From positions 1 to 17,896 of the forward strand of contig JBIKWQ010000070.1 in assembly GCA_044356215.1 (NCBI GenBank): DNA of 17,896 bases, written 5' to 3'. The DNA comes from Bdellovibrionota bacterium (GTDB taxonomy: Bacteria; Bdellovibrionota_C; UBA2361; OMII01). Below, in pieces: positions 8,695 through 15,850 of this stretch. The notes under the pieces were generated by a model, which made no database searches, was not told where the DNA came from, and saw only the letters and a list, made by a program, of their open reading frames with translations. Position 1 is the stretch's first letter. Each line of letters begins with the position of its first letter. The position numbers and the translations under genes are program-made.

Positions 8695-10152
8695 ATGAAC
8701 ACCCTATTCATTAAGCCCAATATTAACAGAGCTAAGCTTGCACTAACTACAACGGCAGCAATTGCGCTTCTAACGGGGTGCTTTAGCTCTAATTCTGATA
8801 CAGTGAATCTAAACTCTGCTAAGAATTCTGCCCCTCGTAATATCATTGTTGTCATCGGGGACGGAATGGGCCCACAACAAATTGCACTAGCTGAGCTTTA
8901 TCATGCCCGTGTGGGTGGCCGCGCAGCTGACGCTCTAAACCGATTTATCACCAGTGCTGCGCAAGGCACACACCTTCCACTCCCGGAAACCGCGCTTGTA
9001 AACGACTCGGCCTGCGCCGCTAGTCAACTGGCTGGTGGATGCCGCTGCGATCCACAGGGTATCGGTCTAGATCGTTGGGGCAGGCCCTGCAATACGATAT
9101 CAAAACGCTCGCAGCGGCTCGGCATGCGCGTGGGACTAGTCTCCGACACACGCCTAAGCCATGCCACTCCTGCAGGATTCGCTGCGCAAGTTAAACACCG
9201 CGACCAAGAATACGAGATTGCGGCTCAGATGGTGGGTAGTGAATTTGACCTACTCCTCTCTGGTGGAAGCGAGTACTTCCCGCCGCCGTTACTAAAACAA
9301 GCTGCCGACAAAGGCTACCGCATTGTGTCAGATCGCAAGCAACTTAACGACACAGAGAGTCTACCTGTTTTAGGTCTCTTTGCTAAAGGGTACATGTCCG
9401 ACGCCTTTAGCGAAGGTACCAACGGAGAGCCAACTCTGGTGGATATGACTGATAAAGCGCTAAAGCTACTGGATAATCCTCGTGGTTTCTTTCTAATGAT
9501 CGAAGCCGGTCAGATTGACACAGCTGCTCATCATAATGATGCCGGTTGGGTGTTACGTGAGATGTTTAGACTCAGCAAAGTCTTAGAGCGCGTGCTTGAG
9601 TTCTCCGCTAAGCGTGATGACACATTAGTGATCCTAACAGGCGATCACGAAACCGGCGGCCTAGGCCTCAGCTATCGAACGATCGCGGACCAAAACATCT
9701 CAAACACCCACGATTTTCTCACCAAGCAGACCCTGCTCGGTTTGGCTAGACAGAGCGCTCCGCTCCGAACCCACCTTGAAACATACGCTGACGATAACTA
9801 CGGCTCCCTAAAGAAAGAGATCTCCCGCCTAGGTATTGAACCACTTAGCGCTGATGAACTACGAGAAATCACAACATCAAGCAGGTTAACCACACACCCT
9901 AGCGCCGGTGATGATGGCCACCCAGGTGAATTATCCTTTGAGACTAATCGATTTTATCCACACCAAAAGTATCGCACCCCTGCACTACTCGGGCGAGAGA
10001 TAGGCGCACGCATGGGGGTGGTGTGGGCTACCGGCGGGCATACATCAACACCGGTGCCAATCCTGTGTCAGGGGGCAGGACAGGAGATCTGTAGGGGTTG
10101 GTTTACAACGCAGAGCTTCGGTGAGCGGCTGATTGAATTGTCGGAAGAGTAG
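8695..10152 (+). CDS. phoA: Alkaline phosphatase (PhoA family), probable lipoprotein
   Basis: IGDGMG, DSA nucleophile motif, HATPA, EAGQIDTAAHHND, TGDHETGG, GGHT; lipobox LLTGC. ATG 8695 preferred over TTG 8665. Confidence 0.9.
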   Translation: MNTLFIKPNINRAKLALTTTAAIALLTGCFSSNSDTVNLNSAKNSAPRNIIVVIGDGMGPQQIALAELYHARVGGRAADALNRFITSAAQGTHLPLPETALVNDSACAASQLAGGCRCDPQGIGLDRWGRPCNTISKRSQRLGMRVGLVSDTRLSHATPAGFAAQVKHRDQEYEIAAQMVGSEFDLLLSGGSEYFPPPLLKQAADKGYRIVSDRKQLNDTESLPVLGLFAKGYMSDAFSEGTNGEPTLVDMTDKALKLLDNPRGFFLMIEAGQIDTAAHHNDAGWVLREMFRLSKVLERVLEFSAKRDDTLVILTGDHETGGLGLSYRTIADQNISNTHDFLTKQTLLGLARQSAPLRTHLETYADDNYGSLKKEISRLGIEPLSADELREITTSSRLTTHPSAGDDGHPGELSFETNRFYPHQKYRTPALLGREIGARMGVVWATGGHTSTPVPILCQGAGQEICRGWFTTQSFGERLIELSEE

Positions 10153-10470
10153 ATATGCTTCCGAACACGAGTCATTCCTCAGGACTCCAGTGGCTAAGCA
10201 GAGCGGCGAGGGACGAGCTAGGTTGCGAGAAGTATCATTTTACCTACACTTCACGGGCTCCGTCTCTGTGGAAGCGGAATCTAGAAGTCATCAGGTGCGG
10301 GCTCAAAGGAGTCGTAAGAGGGGAGTTCGTCGATAGCTTAGGACGCATCGATGAACTTGGGGATCGGTGGAGGTTCTCTAAAGTCAGCGATTCCGTGAGA
10401 TTTCATGATGTCTTTTATGGAGTGCTCGTCTTGAATAAAGGCGATGATACGCATCTGAGCATGGCATTTG

Positions 10471-10497
10471 CCCTCGACCTGAGCTCGGGCCGAAGGT
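10471..10497. repeat. 27-nt palindromic REP-like insertion
   Basis: CCCTCGACCTGAGCTCGGGCCGAAGGT is an imperfect palindrome centred on GAGCTC. It splits the CPKC codons (boundary ambiguous by 1 nt). Confidence 0.8.
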
Positions 10498-10504
10498 GGG
10501 CACT

Positions 10505-10534
10505 TCCACCTTTGCTAAAGCTACGGCGGACAAG
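10505..10534. repeat. 30-nt REP-like insertion
   Basis: TCCACCTTTGCTAAAGCTACGGCGGACAAG: hairpin plus CAAG tail. Splits the GAG (Glu) codon of PLEC. Confidence 0.85.
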
Positions 10535-10564
10535 CAAGCGGGGCAATCTCGTAGATTCGCCTTA

Positions 10565-10600
10565 CTTGTCCGCCGTAGTTCCCACAGGGACGAAGGCGGA
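10565..10600. repeat. 36-nt REP-like insertion, inverted relative to 10505-10534
   Basis: CTTGTCCGCCGTAGTTCCCACAGGGACGAAGGCGGA. Splits the ATA (Ile) codon of WAACIRR. Confidence 0.85.
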
Positions 10601-10811
10601 TGCACGCGGCCCAACTGCTCTTTGAGAACTCGCGTCTGTAGTCGCTCTCTTGCATTTCAGGTGGAGAAGGGGAGAGTTTAGCTCGCTCGCCTCGACGTCT
10701 ACAGGAGTACCTTCCATCTGCCTTGTGCATGAGCTCCTACTCCGTCGAAGGTCCCCGATACAGTTCGTTGAAAATCTCGCGGATGGTAAAGAGCGGAGCA
10801 GTTTATGAGAT

Positions 10812-11666
10812 TCAGCGAACTCGGGCAGCTAGAAGCTCTTTAACTTCGGAGTACTTCCGTCTGCTTACTGGTAAACTCTTGCCGTTTGAGAGAAGGCACT
10901 CTGTCGCTCCATTTCGCTTTGAAAGTTTTGTCACATGCTCCATCGATACCCAGTGAGATCTGTGAATTTGAATCCCTAAACTGGCTGGAAGCTCGTCAAT
11001 CGCGTCCTTTAGATTGTATAGAAACATTACCTCAGAGTCTGTGGTGGTTACCCTAAGATAATGAAGCTCAGAGCTAATTGAGATTATGTCCCCTGAAGCC
11101 CGCATTGTTAACTCCTGAATAAATCGGCCGGTTTGATCAGTAGTTATAGCGGGACATTGGTCACTATGATCTTGGGGCAGGGGGTGAGTCGTACGGCGCT
11201 CCTTAGAGAAATCCAATTGAAGAATCCAGGGAGCGTTGAGAGCTAACCAGGTGATTGTAACGGGCACCACCACTCCTGAGGCTTCATCCAATAACCCAGC
11301 TATAATTCCGCCTCCTGCAGTGTCGTCGGGAATCCCGAACAGAAGGTCAAGCGAAAACGCGAGCGGCACAAAGAGCGAGGCCGCCACCACTCCACCTATC
11401 GCTGTTTGTATCCAAGGGGAGTTGACGCTCCTAAAGTTAGAGTAACGTGATATAAAATGCTGCGTCGCGATCAGTAGAGGGATCAGGATCGAGATCTGAA
11501 TAGTCCAGAAAACCAGTCCTCTTCCGAATCCTAGCCCAGCAGCTCCTGCTGGCTCCATCCACGCGAAAACTATAATCAGCGCGATAGAGCTGAATATAAA
11601 GTATTTCTCAACAGATACGGTTGTTGAGTCAAGCCAATTTGCTGTCTGATTTCGAGCCCCGCTCAT
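10812..11666 (-). CDS. Membrane-anchored LytTR-family transcriptional regulator
   Basis: About four N-terminal TM helices, then SSELHYLRVTT, GIQIHRSHWV and LSNGKSLPVSRR of the LytTR domain. ATG 11666 preferred over GTG 11702. Confidence 0.88.
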   Translation of the reverse strand: MSGARNQTANWLDSTTVSVEKYFIFSSIALIIVFAWMEPAGAAGLGFGRGLVFWTIQISILIPLLIATQHFISRYSNFRSVNSPWIQTAIGGVVAASLFVPLAFSLDLLFGIPDDTAGGGIIAGLLDEASGVVVPVTITWLALNAPWILQLDFSKERRTTHPLPQDHSDQCPAITTDQTGRFIQELTMRASGDIISISSELHYLRVTTTDSEVMFLYNLKDAIDELPASLGIQIHRSHWVSMEHVTKLSKRNGATECLLSNGKSLPVSRRKYSEVKELLAARVR

Positions 11667-11748
11667 TTCCACAGAATACCACCGATGGAAATAGTTTGCC
11701 ACTCGTGCATTTCAATGACCGCTGATGCATCAACTGATTGTTCATAAT
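11659..11748 (+). promoter_or_regulatory. Four direct repeats at 20-bp period (putative LytTR operator) followed by a -10-like CATAAT
   Basis: CCGCTCATTTCC (11659), CCACCGATGGAA (11679), CCACTCGTGCAT (11699), CCGCTGATGCAT (11719); CATAAT at 11743-11748. Confidence 0.7.
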
Positions 11749-11816
11749 GAAGCTAATAGCTAGATTCGCCTCGTAAAAAGCCTACGGGCTTGCTTTTAAA
11801 TGGAGAATTACAACAG

Positions 11817-12503
11817 ATGAAAAAGAAGGATATTTTTAGGGAGGTTATGTGCCTGAGCTTTCTAGCTGGGGCGGTGGCGATGGCGCCCGGCTTTTTAGAT
11901 AACGCATCAGCCGAGAATGTGGATTATCAGGGGCCCTTCGTTAAACTTCAGGGAGGGTTTAATTTCGCGCTCGACTCGGACTTCGACGGCAGTAGCTCAG
12001 CGTCATTTCCCTCTGGTGAGGCTAATTTAGATACAGGTGCCATCGTCGGGTTGGCGGGGGGATATAGGTTTAATAGAAATTTCGACGCTGACCTTGAGTA
12101 TGTTTATCGGAGTAATGATATCGATCAAATTGAGGGGAGCGAGGGGCGGCTAGTCGCTGATGGGGGCGATCTTGCGTCGGTTGCGATTATGGCGAATGGT
12201 CACTACTATTTCGATTTCTCCGATAGTTGGTCGCCATACATCGGTTTAGGAGTGGGATTCCTCCAAGAGATTGATTCTGACGTTGAGTTGGTCGGAATAG
12301 CGGACCAAAAAGACCTCGAAGATCAGATCTTCGCGTGGCAAGCGATGATAGGCGCTGAAGTTCCGCTGAATGAGAGCTGGCGCTTCTATGGTGAGGGGCG
12401 ATTTATGTCCGCGCCAGGACCAGATCTTAGCAACAGTAACGGATCTTACTCGGTTGACTACAACAATCTCTCGCTAGTTTTAGGGATCGGATATCAGTTT
12501 TAG
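11817..12503 (+). CDS. Outer-membrane beta-barrel protein (OmpA/OmpW-like, probably 8-stranded)
   Basis: Signal peptide ending ASA, amphipathic strands (GLAGGYRF, MANGHYYF, SPYIGLGVG), C-terminal LGIGYQF. SD GGAG at 11802-11805 precedes ATG 11817. Confidence 0.88.
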   Translation: MKKKDIFREVMCLSFLAGAVAMAPGFLDNASAENVDYQGPFVKLQGGFNFALDSDFDGSSSASFPSGEANLDTGAIVGLAGGYRFNRNFDADLEYVYRSNDIDQIEGSEGRLVADGGDLASVAIMANGHYYFDFSDSWSPYIGLGVGFLQEIDSDVELVGIADQKDLEDQIFAWQAMIGAEVPLNESWRFYGEGRFMSAPGPDLSNSNGSYSVDYNNLSLVLGIGYQF

Positions 12504-12516
12504 AGTGATCTGACGT

Positions 12517-12591
12517 GACCGTCCGGCTATCTAATTGATGGCTGGCGGTCGCTGGTGAGAAGCACTTTGGTAACTACTCACCGGATTTTTT
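12517..12591 (+). terminator. Tandem hairpins after the beta-barrel gene, the second followed by a T-tract
   Basis: GACCG(T)CCGGCTATC/GATGGCTGGCGGTC stem, then CTGGTGAG...CTCACCGG followed by ATTTTTT. Confidence 0.5.
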
Positions 12592-12696
12592 GCATCGTTG
12601 CAGTCATGGCATCGCTGAATCGGCTATTTTAGCACTTTTCTTTGGTGTAGCAGGCGCGGCTACTACGACTGGCTTCGAGGATTTCTATGCATCTTC

Positions 12697-13149
12697 TTAC
12701 GCAGCTATTTTGCGGCCATCTACCTCTACTTCGCGCGCTCTTTCTCTGTCGATGACGTGTTCCAGATACCTGTAAAGATCGACAAGTTCAGATGGCTTTG
12801 ATGTCAGTTTATTAAGAACAAACAACCTGATGTCCTTCTCGGTTGACCAGCTCGCTCCTGTGGGTTTATTTTTCATCCTCTCCCACTTCATAACCGCCGG
12901 ATGTGTCACGCCAAAGCGCTTCGCAAATTGCTGAAGAGTCATCTCAAAATGCTGTCTAATGAAGCGAACTTCCTCCCCTGTTAAATTGCTGTCCTTTTCG
13001 CAAAGCTCCTTTAGTACAACCTCAGCTAGCAAATTATAGTTAATAGCTGGAGTCCATTCTCCTCGCACCTTCACCATAGGAACATTTACAAGTTTGACGG
13101 GAAAACCAAACCCTCGATCAATGTGAACTCTCTTGGTTTTGTGATTCAT
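12697..13149 (-). CDS. XRE-type HTH protein, MqsA-like antitoxin
   Basis: LTGEEVRFIRQHFEMTLQQFAKRFGVTHPAVMKWE HTH. ATG 13149 lies 1 nt after the stop of the upstream DUF4258-like frame. Confidence 0.8.
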   Translation of the reverse strand: MNHKTKRVHIDRGFGFPVKLVNVPMVKVRGEWTPAINYNLLAEVVLKELCEKDSNLTGEEVRFIRQHFEMTLQQFAKRFGVTHPAVMKWERMKNKPTGASWSTEKDIRLFVLNKLTSKPSELVDLYRYLEHVIDRERAREVEVDGRKIAA

Positions 13150-13150
13150 A

Positions 13151-13453
13151 TTATTTACCCACTTCAATCGCCGTAATAATCAGCATGTTGTTATCATCAA
13201 ACGATACAATCACACGAATATCTCTCCTATCAATCGTTCTTCATCTGATAGCGTAGTTCCATGATCTATATCGCTCTTGATACGTATCTTTGCTTTGCTA
13301 GTGTCTGCCGTTTGTCAATACATGTAGAATCTCGGGCCTGGTGATCGCTCTTTGTGTTTGTCGATCTGTGGCATGTCTAGTGTCGTAATACCGCGCATGC
13401 TGCACGCAGTACCGGACGCGGTCCAAAATACGTGCGATCTTATCTGCTTTCAT
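13151..13453 (-). pseudogene. DUF4258-like (RelE-fold) toxin pseudogene with two nonsense codons
   Basis: MKADKIARILDRVRYCVQHARYYDTRHATDRQTQRAITRPEILHVLTNGRH*QSKDTYQERYRSWNYAIR*RTIDRRDIRVIVSFDDNNMLIITAIEVGK. TAG at 13298-13300 and TGA at 13241-13243. Not in the ORF track. Confidence 0.85.
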
Positions 13454-13623
13454 TCTTCTAAGGATTGTAACTCAGTTTCAATCCTGACGCAAGTGGAAAA
13501 GTTACACCTTAGCTTTGGCAATTAGAGACTGTATCGCTACAGTTCTCGTTAGTAAGCGTCATTTCCTTATGTTAGTATGCTTCTCACTTTCACGGTATAT
13601 CCCAATCCTTACGGTCTACAAAG

Positions 13624-14144
13624 GTGGATTCCAAACTTAAGCTAAATGTCTTTTGGAAAGCTATAGAGGCGGTTGTCACGATGGCTGCCTCGTTCCTTCA
13701 GCTCGCATTCATCGCGCGGTTGTATCCGTCCACTTTTGTCGGACAGTATCAATTAGCTCTAGCGTGGCTCTTTCTCGTCACTGCTTTCGCGTGCTTCGGA
13801 GGGATTGTTATGGTCGCGACGAGAGAGCTCTCTGGTAGTAACGACCCCAACGATGCTAAATCAATTTTCTCTAATGCCCTGACGCTTCAAATAATGATAG
13901 GCGTGCCAGTGTGCGTTATTTGCGTCTTTGTTTTCCGCTACTCGCCATGTTTTACCGATCTCGCCATGCCACTGAGCATCGGTACTGTGGCGTTGGTAGG
14001 ATCTATGATTCTGCAGATGTCTCAAGCTCTTCTGATTAGTCAGGAGAAGATCTCTAGCGTTGTAGTAGCGTCAATTGTCGGCCATCTATTCGCCACCGTA
14101 GCGACGATCGTCGCCGCTTTTCAAAATCTCTCAATCGTTACCTT
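13624..14144 (+). pseudogene. 5' fragment of a Wzx-like polysaccharide flippase (MOP superfamily), truncated by MITE copy 2
   Basis: KLNVFW..FIARLYPSTFVGQYQLALAW..FGGIVMVATRELS is the typical flippase N-terminus. Only ~174 codons precede MITE-derived sequence. Confidence 0.8.
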
Positions 14145-14329
14145 GGGAAGGCCGGCAAAGCCCCTCCCTACTGCGAAAGCGGATCTTGAGCCGCTCTTCG
14201 AGTTTTCGAGATGGAAAAAAATCCTCAATGTATCGCAGTGGATACACTTGCGGTTTTTTCCCATCTCGAAAATCGAATATCAACTCAACCTCCACTTTCT
14301 CGCTACGGGTAGGTTTTGCCGGCCTTCCT
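14145..14329. mobile_element. Fold-back MITE copy 2 (uninterrupted, inverted relative to copy 1)
   Basis: GGGAAGGCCGGCAAAG...TTTTGCCGGCCTTCC. Reverse complement of 364-616 without the 68-nt insert, differing by only a few substitutions. Confidence 0.9.
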
Positions 14330-14616
14330 TAGGAAGGAGCTGTGATTTTAATGTGGAATCTGATCAAGTTTTTCGTGGTACAAAGTCACGTGAGGCAGCG
14401 AGCCCGCTCGCAGCCCGCCTGTCGACTTGAGCCGCCTACTCCCACCCGCACATCTGCTCCCATACGCCTCAATAATCATGCGAGATCTCTAGCTGACACA
14501 CGCCTTGAATCTCTGAGTCTAGCCGCGCGACTTGGCCTGGGTGATTGGCACTCATTAACTCTCTGTTGTTAGCATCAAGCTCTCAATGCTCTGCCTATTC
14601 TCAGTTAAGATTTGCC

Positions 14617-14661
14617 TTCACAGATAAATATATTTCATGTAAACTAGTTTTCATGAAAACT
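14617..14661 (+). promoter_or_regulatory. TA operon promoter and palindromic operator
   Basis: TTCACA (14617-14622), 17 bp, TAAACT (14640-14645). Perfect palindrome AGTTTTCATGAAAACT (14646-14661) and a related TTTCATGTAAACT (14633-14645). Confidence 0.72.
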
Positions 14662-14877
14662 TTAAAACTATCCTTTGATCTATCAGACGAACCTGAATTA
14701 GTAGAGCTTTTGCGTATGGAATCTGCTCACCGCAAGCTGTCTCAGAAAGGAATTCTTGTTACTGCTTTAAAGGCGTATTTTGCAGACCGGATGGAGAGCC
14801 ATATGCTTTTAAAGGTCGCGGAGAAAACATTTGCTGAATGGAACAGCGATGCGGATAAGGCATATGACGATCTTTGA
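14653..14877 (+). CDS. Putative antitoxin (RHH-like N-terminus, acidic C-terminus)
   Basis: 74 aa MKTLKLSFDL...EWNSDADKAYDDL. Overlaps the toxin start by 14 nt; the operator covers the ATG. Confidence 0.75.
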   Translation: MKTLKLSFDLSDEPELVELLRMESAHRKLSQKGILVTALKAYFADRMESHMLLKVAEKTFAEWNSDADKAYDDL

Positions 14878-15205
14878 TATTATTTACGTCCCGTTTCCTT
14901 TTACCGACTTATCCTCCGCGAAGAGGCGCCCGTGCATTATTATTGGGAGTTACAAACCAAAATCGTTCAATCAGCACCTTATCGTCGCTATGATTACAAG
15001 TAAGGTATCGACTATAAAGTTTCCACACGATATTGAAATTGAAGATCTAAAAGGGGCGGGATTATCAACGAGCTCTGTTATCAGACTTTCAAAGATCGTT
15101 ACGATTGATTCGGGTATCGTAATAAAGAAATTGGGGCGGCTGGCCAAATCTGAACAGACCAGATTGAAGAGAGAGTTTGCTAAGCTTTTTGAGGAGGTTG
15201 TTTAG
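14864..15205 (+). CDS. PemK/MazF-family endoribonuclease toxin
   Basis: DIIYVPFPFTDLSSAKRRPCIII, AMITS, GLSTSSVIRLSKIVTID...LGRL. Start at ATG 14864. Confidence 0.9.
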   Translation: MTIFDIIYVPFPFTDLSSAKRRPCIIIGSYKPKSFNQHLIVAMITSKVSTIKFPHDIEIEDLKGAGLSTSSVIRLSKIVTIDSGIVIKKLGRLAKSEQTRLKREFAKLFEEVV

Positions 15206-15450
15206 GGGAGAGCGGGAAAACTACCCCCAGAAACTATCCGATTTATTGGGCCTGTGCGGTGGTATTTTTTATTAGGATTCATCTCTCCGTGGCTCTCCGC
15301 GACCTCGATGTATTTCTCCTATTTATTTTAGGAAGGAGCTCTAATTTTTTGGCAACAGCATGAAGCGCTTTGTTTTTTAACGTCGCTACTAGTCATGCCC
15401 CAATTTCTTTGCTAGGACTATGAAAATGATATTAGACGCTATTTCGCTCC

Positions 15451-15843
15451 CTACTCCACCAAATTAACAACCCCCTCAACCCGCCCCGGATAGCCAATTT
15501 TTACTAGCTCCACTGAGGCTACCTCAAATGACCATTCGCATTTCAAAGAGTTAGCTAGCACCTCAGAGATTCGCGGCTGAAATCCAATGGTAATATGTGG
15601 CGTAAACAAAGATCGCACTAAGGGATGTCCAAAGAGTCTGACATTCTCAAGCTCCGCGTCTCTTAATGAGAGTCCCTCTTCTGAGAGGGCTTTCGCTTCT
15701 GATGTTCGATCAAGATAGTTGGCTACACTCAACGCTTTAAGGTGAGCCCCTGTAAGCATCTCGAATCCAGCGCATAGCTGACTACTAGGCCTAGGGCTCC
15801 GGATAGAGTTTTCGGGGACGTGCCAGCGGAAGCATTCTCGAAT
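15451..15843 (-). pseudogene. C-terminal fragment of a 2H-phosphoesterase (2'-5' RNA ligase-like) protein
   Basis: ENVRLFGHPLVRSLFTPHITIG contains one HxT motif. The frame is open upstream of ATG 15759 only to ~15843, with no first HxT motif. Confidence 0.5.
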
Positions 15844-15850
15844 TTAATGC

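Larger units (their letters stand above)
10281..10715 (-). pseudogene. C-terminal relic of an IS91-family (rolling-circle) transposase
   Basis: After removing three insertions, one frame reads GRYSCRRRGERAK...SSWAACIRRIYEIAPLECPKCHAQMRIIAFIQDEHSIKDIMKSHGIADFREPPPIPK. This matches the WA..I.RIYE.DPL.CP.C...MRIIAFI...RAPP tail typical of IS91-like transposases. Internal TAA at 10338-10340. Confidence 0.85.

Noticed and set aside
10155..10625. 156-aa + strand ORF directly after phoA
   Set aside because: It is the antisense shadow of the IS91-like relic and reads through three palindromic inserts; no recognisable motifs.
13151..13453. Stop-codon reassignment as an explanation of the in-frame TAG and TGA
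   Set aside because: TGA and TAG terminate intact genes in this window (proS and mnmG end in TGA; efp and earP end in TAG).
14145..14572. C-terminal part of ORF 13624..14430 and ORF 14342..14572 as a continuation of the flippase
   Set aside because: The first is MITE-derived. The second has one short hydrophobic patch and then no TM pattern.
12504..15450. Integron cassette array (two TA modules close together)
   Set aside because: No attC sites (RYYYAAC...GTTRRRY), no integrase, and mixed gene orientations.
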